A stretch of DNA of 64,000 bases. Origin: Rhynchopus sp. YZ270_cl-10 (Eukaryota). Both the position numbers and the translations under genes were made by a program. The notes below the pieces were generated by a model. The model saw nothing but the letters and a program-made list of their open reading frames with translations, did not search any database and was not told the DNA's origin. Each line of letters starts with the position of its first letter. Position 1 is the stretch's first letter. Shown here piece after piece: positions 21,864 to 32,276 of this stretch. Location of the stretch: NCBI GenBank assembly GCA_964035575.1, contig OZ037837.1, positions 1,922,001-1,986,000 of the forward strand, read 5' to 3'.

Positions 21864-23852
21864 ATGTCGAAGCAACGTACGAACAGCACATTAGGCGAGG
21901 AGGCACCAAAGAGAAGACAGCCTTCTGCAGACGAGGTCTTTGTCGATGCTGCGCGGCACGGCGACACTGCTGCGGTGCGGGCGGGGCTTGAGAAGCGCAG
22001 TCCAGATGCAGACAGCAAAACAGTTTTCTCCGATGCTGTGCACGAGGCATGCAGAGGGAACCACGATGAATGCCTCGCACTGCTTCTTCCGTATGTTGAG
22101 ACAACGCAGATGAGCTTTGGGATCTTGCTGAGTGAGTGTGTCCACGCATACCATGTTGCGTGCAGGGAGGTCCTCTTGCAGCATTGGAAGTCCGTCTGCA
22201 GCAACGTGGCATTTGTCCCGTACGAACCTAAGAACAGCGGAGATCAGACACCGCCTTCCTGTCCGGCCATGTGGGCAGACCCTGCAGTGTGTCGAGCCTT
22301 CATTGATGCAGGGGCAGACATCGAGACTCAGGACGAGAAGGGGTGTGCACCGCTGCTCGCTGCTAGTCGTGCAGGAGCACTCACAACTGTGAAGATGTTG
22401 GTGGAAGCAGGCGCGAGAGTGCGCGTCACAGACGAGAATGGAGACACGTGTCTCATTTCTGCTGCGTATTTTGGCCACACCGAGACTGTGCGCTATCTTG
22501 TGGGCTTGCCGGAGATGGATGTGGGTTGCGCAACTGAAGGCAGAACTGCGTTGTCCTGGGCAGCGCTGAAAGAACGTGCAGATGTGGTGCAGGTACTCAT
22601 TGATGCAGGGGCAGACATCGAAACTAAGGATAGCGACGGACGTTCGCCTCTGCACGTAGTGAGCTGTTCAGGAGCACTCGCCATTGCGAAGATGTTGGTG
22701 GAAGCAGGTGCGGATGTGCGTGGCACAGAGAATGAAGGATGTACATGTCTTTTACTTGCGTCGTATTTTTGCCAGACCGAGACTGTGCGCTATCTTGTGA
22801 GCTTGCCGCAGGTGGAAGTGGATCACCAAGACAGCTGGGGTCGCACTGCGTTGTGCTTTGCGGCGCAGGGTAACCATCCAGATGCAGTGGAGGTGCTTAT
22901 TGATGCAGGGGCAGACGTTGACGCCCAGAACAGTGACGGACTTTCTCCTCTTCACTTATGTAGTGTGTCAGGGGCACTCACTATTGTGAAGATGCTGATC
23001 AGAGCAGGTGCGGGTGTGTGTGTCACAGACAACGAAGGAGACACGTGTCTCATCCGTGCTGCGACTTTTGGACAAACCGAGACTGTGCGCTATCTTGTCG
23101 GCTTGCCGCAGGTGGAAGTGGATCATACAACTAACGAAGGCGCAACTGCGTTGTACTGCGCAGTGCAGGAAGAGCATCCCGATGTGGTGCAGGTGCTCAT
23201 TGATGCAGGGGCAAACATTGAAGCTAAGGATCAGAAGGGGCGTTCGGCTGTCCTGGTGGCGAGTTGTGCAGGAACACTCGCACTGGTGAAGATGTTGGTG
23301 AAAGCAGGTGCGGATGTGAGTGTCACAGACGATGAAGGAGGCACGTGTCTTTCACTTGCGTCGTATTTTGGCCACACCGAGACTGTGCGCTATCTTGTGG
23401 GCTTGACACAGATGGAAGTGGATCGTGCAACTGAAGGCAAAACTGCTTTGTACTGCGCAGTGCAGGAAGAACATGCAGATGTAGTGCAGGTGCTCATTGA
23501 TGCAGGGGCCGACATTGAAGCTAAGGATCAGAAGGGGCGTTCGGCTGTCCTGGTGGCGAGTTGTGCAGGAACACTCGCACTGGTGAAGATGTTGGTGAAA
23601 GCAGGTGCGGATCTGCGTGTCACAGACAATGAAGGGGGCACATGTCTTACCCTTGCGTCGTCTTTTGGCCACAACGAGACTGTGCGCTATCTTGTGGGCT
23701 TGCCGCAGGTGGAAGTGGATCACCAAGACAGCAGCAACCGCACTGCGTTGCAGATAGCATCACAGAAACATCACTCAGGTGTGATAATTATGCTCATTGA
23801 TGCAGTGGCCAGACGCAAGCAATCCACACACAAGTGGTCTGGTGAGTGGTGA
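21864..23852 (+). CDS. Ankyrin-repeat protein
   Basis: 662 aa. A ~99-aa three-ankyrin unit repeats (LIDAGADIE.KD..G.S.L..., KMLV.AGA.V, GHTETVRYLV.LP). Confidence 0.93.
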   Translation: MSKQRTNSTLGEEAPKRRQPSADEVFVDAARHGDTAAVRAGLEKRSPDADSKTVFSDAVHEACRGNHDECLALLLPYVETTQMSFGILLSECVHAYHVACREVLLQHWKSVCSNVAFVPYEPKNSGDQTPPSCPAMWADPAVCRAFIDAGADIETQDEKGCAPLLAASRAGALTTVKMLVEAGARVRVTDENGDTCLISAAYFGHTETVRYLVGLPEMDVGCATEGRTALSWAALKERADVVQVLIDAGADIETKDSDGRSPLHVVSCSGALAIAKMLVEAGADVRGTENEGCTCLLLASYFCQTETVRYLVSLPQVEVDHQDSWGRTALCFAAQGNHPDAVEVLIDAGADVDAQNSDGLSPLHLCSVSGALTIVKMLIRAGAGVCVTDNEGDTCLIRAATFGQTETVRYLVGLPQVEVDHTTNEGATALYCAVQEEHPDVVQVLIDAGANIEAKDQKGRSAVLVASCAGTLALVKMLVKAGADVSVTDDEGGTCLSLASYFGHTETVRYLVGLTQMEVDRATEGKTALYCAVQEEHADVVQVLIDAGADIEAKDQKGRSAVLVASCAGTLALVKMLVKAGADLRVTDNEGGTCLTLASSFGHNETVRYLVGLPQVEVDHQDSSNRTALQIASQKHHSGVIIMLIDAVARRKQSTHKWSGEW

Positions 23853-24361
23853 CATCCTCCTTCATGATGGCAGAGGTGCACTGCAAAGGAAACATATGAA
23901 GCAAATCACCCACACTAAAGGATCGATGTTATGCTAATGGTACCACTCCAAAAGGATACGACTTTCGGAAAAGTGAGCTTTGCACAGGGTGGCAACTGCA
24001 ATTCACGTTCACACTTCTGTCTCATCTCTGCCGCTCTCAGGAGGAGCCTTATGGCAGTGAGTGCAGTACCCATTGTGGACTACTTCCAATACAAAAGCAG
24101 ACCAATGAATATTCCAACGCTTTACTTTGTTTTGCACTTTGTTCCACCATTTCCCCCGGAGGGCATGAAGCGATTGCTTCACATTTCTCAAAATAAGGTC
24201 GCCTTTTTGCAATATGAGTAATTTTATTTCAAAAGCCTAGAAGTACCATGAAGAAACATATTTCGCACAAACATTTGCCACTTTCCATCTCCTCCCCACC
24301 CACACACCAATCACAACGTAACGTCCAACAGCCTTTTCCCTTTTCAGCATATTGCAACACA

Positions 24362-26434
24362 ATGCGAACTGCCATGCTTGCCGCCCTAGCGGCCACTGTG
24401 CATGCGAGCACCAACATGAACGGAGAGTATCTGATTGCCAACCCAAGCCCGACCGGCACATACTCCACAGAGTACACGGATGAGTCGTTCACAGTGTACT
24501 CACCACCGATCCGCACGCAGTACTCGCAGGTGTACTGGACGATGATGGACCCTGTCGCACTCCCAGACGACGTGGTGAAGCGCTTCGACGGCAAGGTCAT
24601 GGCAGTGACCGGCTACGAGGTGGACCAGGTCTTCACCACCCCGGATGGCGACAAGTCTGTGCCGATCTATTGGGCTTACAACCACCACTACTGTGCGTGG
24701 CTGCTTTCGAACAAGACAACACACATGGAGGAGATCCCGACCGACTACACCATGGGACACCCTGTCAGCTGGAAGGCAGCGCCCATCGACCCACGCGCTC
24801 CCGCACCTGAGTACCCTACTAGCCAGTACATCTCTGAAGGGAACGGTGGTGAGTTCCGGAAGTCGTACCACGGGTACCCAAGGTCGTATGCACAGCTGTT
24901 GGAGTCGCCAACAACGTTCCACATCACACCGATGCAGATTGACACACACAACAGAGACTACAACGGGTCGGGCTTCAAGGCAGGTCCCCTGCCACGTTCA
25001 TCTGCAGCACCCAAGGATGCGGTGTACAGCGGCCTGCTGGAGTGTCCGTGCAGCACACGTAGGACAAAGGTGTACACGAAGAACTACGACATGTGTGCCG
25101 ACAGCGCGTCGCGTGCTCTGGACGGTGCGGAGGCGTGCTACACTGCGGCAGCGTGGATGGGGGGTGGAGGAATGAAGAACGCAAGCAACACCAGCATGAC
25201 GCTGCCTGCGGGCTGCTCCCTCTCCGTCACTGACGGGACGGCGTTCTACAACACAAACGAGCGTGTGGGGGTGTCGTGTCCACGTACGACGTCCGTCGCA
25301 GGCACAATGCGCTCGCTTGTCAACATGACCGCGTCTGTGGCTGCAGGGAACGTGACGCTCACCATCTCCGGCCCTGCTTCAGTCTGGTTTGGCGTCGGCT
25401 TCGATGCACAGCAGATGAGCGACCTGCCCTACGCCATCATCGTCAACGGGTCAGGCAGCGTGTCCGAACGGCGTCTCAGCAACCATGCACCGGGGACTGT
25501 CCTCACCCCTCAGGTGCACCTTGTCTCGAGCAACGTCGTGGGTGGAGTGCGCACTGTGGTCCTGTCACGTGCTGCTGTTGGTGCCAGCTCGACACACTTC
25601 ACATTCCCGGAGACAGTCGCTGTTGTGCCGACAATCAACGCGATTGGGACGACCGGCACGTTTGAGATGCACACAGCAAAGGAGGCGTCGCACCTGGCAC
25701 TGCTGAACACAGAGGGCGCGACGTGTGTCTGTGCTGGAATATCACAGGGTAGCATCGACGGCATCAGCTTCAAGAAGGATTGTGTTGCCGAGCCCGTTGG
25801 CGACCTCCTGAAGCAGCACAACCCTACCTGCAGCATCGACACCTACGCAGGTGGCCTGCACTGCTGCCACCACCAATGGTTCCTCCTTGACGAGGACCAG
25901 CCCATCCCCGCCCCTGTCGACGAGTACCACCTCAAGTTCCGCTTCTATTACCAAGAGTTCGAGCCGACCTACCACAAGAACCTGGAGCGCTTTTACTTCC
26001 AAACTGAGGCGTGGGCAGGTGAGTACGACATCCCACAGTGCAAGGAGGGGACGCCTTGTGAGCACGTCATCACGGCACACTTCACACCGTCCATGATGAG
26101 CAATGTGGCGCACGGGAACAGCACGGGGATGCAGCTTCTCTACGCTGGTGGGCACTGCCACGCACCGTCGTGCATCTCGATGGAGCTGTACAATGCGGAC
26201 AGTGGGGAGTTGCTCTGCAGGCAGGTGCCCGTGACAGGGTCGAACACAACGATCTTCAACGAGCTGGGCTACATCGCCATCCCACCCTGCCTCTGGGGCG
26301 AGCCCAAGGACGGCCTCGAGCCACCTGTCTTCCTCCGTTGGAACCAAAACCTGACTTCCATCAAAATCAACAACAACACAAACGGACACTACGGCGAGAT
26401 GGCGTCGTGGCAGACACGCGGTGTGCTGGTGTAG
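24362..26434 (+). CDS. Secreted copper type II monooxygenase-like / SURNod19-like protein with internal DOMON domain (copy 1)
   Basis: Signal peptide MRTAMLAALAATVHA. Cu-site-like motifs YNHHY, GGHCHA and HYGEM. DOMON-like segment VTLTISGPASVWFGVGFDAQQMSD...VRTVVLSR...FEMH. Confidence 0.75.
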   Translation: MRTAMLAALAATVHASTNMNGEYLIANPSPTGTYSTEYTDESFTVYSPPIRTQYSQVYWTMMDPVALPDDVVKRFDGKVMAVTGYEVDQVFTTPDGDKSVPIYWAYNHHYCAWLLSNKTTHMEEIPTDYTMGHPVSWKAAPIDPRAPAPEYPTSQYISEGNGGEFRKSYHGYPRSYAQLLESPTTFHITPMQIDTHNRDYNGSGFKAGPLPRSSAAPKDAVYSGLLECPCSTRRTKVYTKNYDMCADSASRALDGAEACYTAAAWMGGGGMKNASNTSMTLPAGCSLSVTDGTAFYNTNERVGVSCPRTTSVAGTMRSLVNMTASVAAGNVTLTISGPASVWFGVGFDAQQMSDLPYAIIVNGSGSVSERRLSNHAPGTVLTPQVHLVSSNVVGGVRTVVLSRAAVGASSTHFTFPETVAVVPTINAIGTTGTFEMHTAKEASHLALLNTEGATCVCAGISQGSIDGISFKKDCVAEPVGDLLKQHNPTCSIDTYAGGLHCCHHQWFLLDEDQPIPAPVDEYHLKFRFYYQEFEPTYHKNLERFYFQTEAWAGEYDIPQCKEGTPCEHVITAHFTPSMMSNVAHGNSTGMQLLYAGGHCHAPSCISMELYNADSGELLCRQVPVTGSNTTIFNELGYIAIPPCLWGEPKDGLEPPVFLRWNQNLTSIKINNNTNGHYGEMASWQTRGVLV

Positions 26435-26841
26435 ATGGCGCACACACCCTCGCCTTTGTCAACGCGTCTCGACTTTGTTGCGTTGCTTTCCTGCGTTCGC
26501 TGACATACAGAAAACTTGCAGAAAGGTGAATAAAATGTTAGCCTGTTTTCCCTCCCCCCCTCTGGCCCCATCTTCACTTCGGCCTTCCTTGGTATTGTAC
26601 ACTAGTGCCCCCACCTGCATGTAACCCATCCCTTCGCTCTGTGTCTAAGGTGGTCATTAAAGAACGAAACCAAATACAATTAGCTTTTGTGGAATGCTTA
26701 CTCGTTACCCCATATCAGCAATGCTATGGTAATTATTGTTTTTGTGCGGAAGGTGATGAAAAAGCACTGCTTGGGTTAATGTCATTACACCCCCTTTTTC
26801 TCTTTGTTATTTTCGATACAGACAGTAATGCCACCGTCAGT

Positions 26842-27000
26842 GTAATCTGGGGAGCGTTCAATATCTCAACGTCTTCCCCATTACCCGCGACTTTTCCCCT
26901 TTTGAGAATCAACAGAACTGTGTACGTAAGGGACCTTCAGATTTTCACTAAGGAGTGTGTCATTGGCATCACCTTGCAAACACTTCACCTTGGACACGAT
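26842..27000. repeat. Dispersed intergenic repeat (~160 bp); other copies at ~31508-31667, 54431-54590 and 56335-56490
   Basis: Shared GTAATCTG.GGAGCGTTCAATATCTCAACGTCTTCCC...ATCAA.AGAACTGTGTACG...CACCTTGCAAAC.CTTCACCTT. Confidence 0.85.
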
Positions 27001-27008
27001 TCTCTTTG

Positions 27009-27619
27009 TCAACTTACCTTCCTTCACCCCCCCTGTAAGGGCAACCGTAGGTGAAGTAAGGTATAGTATTGAAATCGATGTGGGGGGGGAGTAAAGGGTC
27101 AATTTTACAAAACCAGATTTTGAGGAAAATTTTAGCCGAAAATGGGCCCCACGTATAAGCAACCGGGCTCATATTTCTCAAAATTTAAGTGGTCAAAAAA
27201 TTGTCCAATTTTCGAGATTGACCCCACCACTGCACGGGCGGAGCCCAAAAATGCAAATAAGGACCCCTTTTCAACTTACCTTCCTTCACCCCCCCTGTAA
27301 GGGCAACCGTAGGTGAAGTAAGGTATAGTATTGAAATCGATGTGGGGGGGGAGTAAAGGGTCAATTTTACAAAACCAGATTTTGAGGAAAATTTTAGCCG
27401 AAAATGGGCCCCACGTATAAGCAACCGGGCTCATATTTCTCAAAATTTAAGTGGTCAAAAAATTGTCCAATTTTCGAGATTGACCCCACCACTGCACGGG
27501 CGGAGCCCAAAAATGCAAATAAGGACCCCTTTTAATTTGTTCTCTTGAAATGTGTAATTTCAAGTTTTCGCGAAAAAAAATATGAACTGATCCTACAAGG
27601 GTTGAAGGAAGGTGGTTGA
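27009..27619. mobile_element. Non-autonomous TIR element with a tandem-duplicated 262-bp left part
   Basis: 27009-27270 and 27271-27532 are essentially identical. The left end TCAACTTACCTTCCTTCA is inverted at TGAAGGAAGGTGGTTGA (~27603-27619). The element is absent from the paralogous spacer near 31675. Confidence 0.7.
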
Positions 27620-27644
27620 AAATTACAATAACAACAAGAACAAC

Positions 27645-28076
27645 TAATTGCTAAGAAAAAAACGGGGTGTGCTGTGGAAAACCCCGCGTGATTTTCGAAA
27701 GCACCGTAGCATCCAAGCGATTTGCTGGAGGTGCTGCTGTGCCTGGTGTGATCGACGTGTTGTCGTTTGTGCATTCTGTGCTTCTTCCGCACTGCTCCAA
27801 CGACGACGACACTGCGTGGGACCCTGTGGACAAAAATGAGCTGGAACACGCCGAGCCTGCCGAGACTACGTCCAACAACGCTATCGATCAGATGGTGCTG
27901 GATGAAGAGGACAGCCCCCCTTCTTGAACATTTCAGATGCTGGCGTCCCAGTGGGTCTGGCAGCGTACGAAGAGCGTTATCATACCTGCAGAAGAGCAGA
28001 GTGCTGGGTGTGTTGTAGATTACTTCTACAGGGTGGAGTTCCACAGCACACGCCGTTTTTTTTCCGATAGCAATTA
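27645..28076. mobile_element. Non-autonomous TIR element (~430 bp) with a GC-richer interior
   Basis: TAATTGCTA..AAAAAAACGGGGTGTGCTGTGGAA is inverted as TTCCACAGCACACGCCGTTTTTTTT..TAGCAATTA. The element is absent from the paralogous spacer. Confidence 0.7.
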
Positions 28077-28851
28077 CTTGTTTTTTTTTTTTTTTGTTTT
28101 TTACATCCCCCTTCCCACGGCAGTCCCAACTCCTGACGTTGTTTTTATTTTGATGTCCTGCCCTTGGTTTCGATTTGAGACGGAAAAGTCGCAACGTAAA
28201 TAACCCCCTTCCTACTCTTGTGTGTTCAGGATACCAGCACTGTGTACTGGTTCCTCTTCTCGTTAATGTGTGTTTTTTTTATGCCATGCGACGATGCTAC
28301 AGGTTATTACCTTTTCTTTGAGAACCCCGATGTACGGTGTTGTGTTTGCGCTTTGAACTCTGTATTCTTCTGTGGAGTTCACTGCCACGCCATTAGCTTT
28401 GGGTTTTTGATTTTTCCAGAATTATTTCAGATAAAAAGCTCAAAGGATTCTTAGAAATACTTTCCTTCCATCGATATCCGTATTCTGAGCACATGAACTT
28501 CCTGTTTCACGTACTTCAGTGCTGTCCCGTCAAAGTACTTCACTATTCGCTGTTCTGAGATGAGAGCAACGAAGCTCCGACACATCGAACCAGCAGCCTA
28601 AGGAAGTATTTACTAACATGTTGAGGACTGCCTGCAATGTGTCATCATGCAAAAGTGGGCCCAAAACGCGTTTTCGCTATCACTGTTCTTCTCCGTCTTT
28701 ATGTATCTAGCGTGAAGGTTGTTCCGGTTACAAATATTTAATCACGTCACTGTCCTGTAGAGTATCAACACTTCCCATCTCCTCCCCACCCACACACCAA
28801 TCACAACGTAACGTCCAACAGCCTTTTCCCTTTTCAGCATATTGCAACACA

Positions 28852-30924
28852 ATGCGAACTGCCATGCTTGCCGCCCTAGCGGCCACTGTGCATGCGAGCA
28901 CCAACATGAACGGAGAGTATCTGATTGCCAACCCAAGCCCGACCGGCACATACTCCACAGAGTACACGGATGAGTCGTTCACAGTGTACTCACCACCGAT
29001 CCGCACGCAGTACTCGCAGGTGTACTGGACGATGATGGACCCTGTCGCACTCCCAGACGACGTGGTGAAGCGCTTCGACGGCAAGGTCATGGCAGTGACC
29101 GGCTACGAGGTGGACCAGGTCTTCACCACCCCGGATGGCGACAAGTCTGTGCCGATCTATTGGGCTTACAACCACTACTACTGTGCGTGGCTGCTTTCGA
29201 ACAAGACAACACACATGGAGGAGATCCCGACCGACTACACCATGGGACACCCTGTCAGCTGGAAGGCAGCGCCCATCGACCCACGCGCTGCGGAACCACA
29301 ATACCCTACTAGCCAGTTCATCTCTGAAGGGAACGGTGGTGAGTTCCGGAAGTCGTACCACGGGTACCCAAGGTCGTATGCACAGCTGTTGGAGTCGCCA
29401 ACAACGTTCCACATCACACCGATGCAGATTGACACACACAACAGAGACTACAACGGGTCGGGCTTCAAGGCAGGTCCCCTGCCACGTTCATCTGCAGCAC
29501 CCAAGGATGCGGTGTACAGCGGCCTGCTGGAGTGTCCGTGCAGCACACGTAGGACAAAGGTGTACACGAAGAACTACGACATGTGTGCCGACAGCGCGTC
29601 GCGTGCTCTGGACGGTGCGGAGGCGTGCTACACTGCGGCAGCGTGGATGGGGGGTGGAGGAATGAAGAACGCAAGCAACACCAGCATGACGCTGCCTGCG
29701 GGCTGCTCCCTCTCCGTCACTGACGGGACGGCGTTCTACAACACAAACGAGCGTGTGGGGGTGTCGTGTCCACGTACGACGTCCGTCGCAGGCACAATGC
29801 GCTCGCTTGTCAACATGACCGCGTCTGTGGCTGCAGGGAACGTGACGCTCACCATCTCCGGCCCTGCTTCAGTCTGGTTTGGCGTCGGCTTCGATGCACA
29901 GCAGATGAGCGACCTTCCCTACGCCATCATCGTCAACGGGTCAGGCAGCGTGTCCGAGCGGCGTCTCAGCAACCATGCACCGGGGACTGTCCTCACCCCT
30001 CAGGTGCACCTTGTCTCGAGCAACGTCGTGGGTGGAGTGCGCACTGTGGTCCTGTCACGTGCTGCTGTTGGTGCCAGCTCGACACACTTCACATTCCCGG
30101 AGACAGTCGCTGTTGTGCCGACAATCAACGCGATTGGGACGACCGGCACGTTTGAGATGCACACAGCAAAGGAGGCGTCGCACCTGGCACTGCTGAACAC
30201 AGAGGGCGCGACGTGTGTCTGTGCTGGAATATCACAGGGTAGCATCGACGGCATCAGCTTCAAGAAGGATTGTGTTGCCGAGCCCGTTGGCGACCTCCTG
30301 AAGCAGCACAACCCTACCTGCAGCATCGACACCTACGCAGGTGGCCTGCACTGCTGCCACCACCAATGGTTCCTCCTTGACGAGGACCAGCCCATCCCCG
30401 CCCCTGTCGACGAGTACCACCTCAAGTTCCGCTTCTATTACCAAGAGTTCGAGCCGACCTACCACAAGAACCTGGAGCGCTTTTACTTCCAAACTGAGGC
30501 GTGGGCAGGTGAGTACGACATCCCACAGTGCAAGGAGGGGACGCCTTGTGAGCACGTCATCACGGCACACTTCACACCGTCCATGATGAGCAATGTGGCG
30601 CACGGGAACAGCACGGGGATGCAGCTTCTCTACGCTGGTGGGCACTGCCACGCACCGTCGTGCATCTCGATGGAGCTGTACAATGCGGACAGTGGGGAGT
30701 TGCTCTGCAGGCAGGTGCCCGTGACAGGGTCGAACACAACGATCTTCAACGAGCTGGGCTACATCGCCATCCCACCCTGCCTCTGGGGCGAGCCCAAGGA
30801 CGGCCTCGAGCCACCTGTCTTCCTCCGTTGGAACCAAAACCTGACTTCCATCAAAATCAACAACAACACAAACGGACACTACGGCGAGATGGCGTCGTGG
30901 CAGACACGCGGTGTGCTGGTGTAG
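28852..30924 (+). CDS. Secreted copper monooxygenase-like / DOMON protein (copy 2, near-identical)
   Basis: 690 aa, differing from copy 1 at only a few codons (including NHHY to NHYY). Confidence 0.78.
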   Translation: MRTAMLAALAATVHASTNMNGEYLIANPSPTGTYSTEYTDESFTVYSPPIRTQYSQVYWTMMDPVALPDDVVKRFDGKVMAVTGYEVDQVFTTPDGDKSVPIYWAYNHYYCAWLLSNKTTHMEEIPTDYTMGHPVSWKAAPIDPRAAEPQYPTSQFISEGNGGEFRKSYHGYPRSYAQLLESPTTFHITPMQIDTHNRDYNGSGFKAGPLPRSSAAPKDAVYSGLLECPCSTRRTKVYTKNYDMCADSASRALDGAEACYTAAAWMGGGGMKNASNTSMTLPAGCSLSVTDGTAFYNTNERVGVSCPRTTSVAGTMRSLVNMTASVAAGNVTLTISGPASVWFGVGFDAQQMSDLPYAIIVNGSGSVSERRLSNHAPGTVLTPQVHLVSSNVVGGVRTVVLSRAAVGASSTHFTFPETVAVVPTINAIGTTGTFEMHTAKEASHLALLNTEGATCVCAGISQGSIDGISFKKDCVAEPVGDLLKQHNPTCSIDTYAGGLHCCHHQWFLLDEDQPIPAPVDEYHLKFRFYYQEFEPTYHKNLERFYFQTEAWAGEYDIPQCKEGTPCEHVITAHFTPSMMSNVAHGNSTGMQLLYAGGHCHAPSCISMELYNADSGELLCRQVPVTGSNTTIFNELGYIAIPPCLWGEPKDGLEPPVFLRWNQNLTSIKINNNTNGHYGEMASWQTRGVLV

Positions 30925-32276
30925 ATGGCGCACACACCCTCGCCTTTGTCAACGCGTCTCGACTTTGTTGCGTTGCTTTCCTGCGTTCGCTGACATACAG
31001 AAAACTTGCAGAAAGGTGAAGAAAATGTTAGACACGTTCAAATATCCATCTGTTTTCCCTCGCCCCCCCCCATCAGGCACCCCCCACTTTTGTTTCAGCC
31101 TTGTGTATTACACCACATACTGTCTTTTGATGCCGGACCGCCTCACTTGATGTCGATGGTCCTTGCTGTTGTACACTAGTGCCCCCACCTGCATGTAACC
31201 CATCCCTTCGCTCTGTGTCTAAGGTGGTCATTAAAGAACGAAACCAAATACAATTAGCTTTTGTGGAATGCTCTCATACATGTCAGCAATGCTATGGAAA
31301 TAATATTGGTGCTCCTGAAATAAAAAAATACGAAGTACGAACAAGTGCGCACTAAGTACGCAGCAAGTACGCAAAATGGGGTTTCCAGGAGCACCAATTA
31401 TAGTTTTTTGTGCGGAAGGTGATGAAAAAGCACTGCTTGGGTTAATGTCAGTACGCCCCCTTTTTCTCTTTGTTATTTTCGATACAGACAGTAATGCCAC
31501 CGTCAGTGTAATCTGGGGAGCGTTCAATATCTCAACGTCTTCCCCATTTACCCGCGACTTTTCCCCTTTTGAGAATCAATAGAACTGTGTACGTAAGGAA
31601 CCTTCAGATTTTCACTAAGGAGTGTTTCGTTGGCATCACCTTGCAAACGCTTCACCTTGGACACGATTCTCTTTGTTTTTTTATCTTCGACATCCCCCCC
31701 TGATATTACCCCCCTCCCCACGGCAGTCCCAGCTCCATACGTTGTTTTTATTTTGATGTATTCTCTCTGGTTTCGATTTCACACGGAAAATCCAACGTAA
31801 ATAACCCCCCCCTCCCACCCCCTGTGTTTAGGATACCACTGTGTACTGGTTCCTCTTCTCGTCAACAGGGCTCTCAAGATCCTCCACGTAAAACATTTTT
31901 GCAAAAAAAAAAAAAACAACCCCAAAATCGCTTGAACAAGAAAATAATAAAAATCCCGTTCGTCTTGTTGTTTAGTTGGTACGCTACCCACGTCATACGC
32001 GTTGGTGGATAAAATAATAAACTCGCGGTTCTTTTTTATAGAACAGATTCTATTCTCCTCCCCGTACCCAAAATGTACCACCATTTTCATTATGAAAAAA
32101 TACCTTCCCTCTCCTCTTATTTCTTCCACACGCGCTGGTTTTTGTTGTGTTTGTTAATTTGTATCAGAAAGCTTTCCCTCCCTCCTGTGTTCCTCTTCAA
32201 TGCTATGCCCCATTGGCTTTCCTGCTTGATCAGCACACAGCCGCTGAGCTCTCTCCTGGGTGCTACTGAGTTTATA

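Noticed and set aside
26900..26930. Spliced-leader RNA remnant (ACAGTTCTGT on the minus strand)
   Set aside because: The match to the euglenozoan SL is too short and the flanks do not agree.
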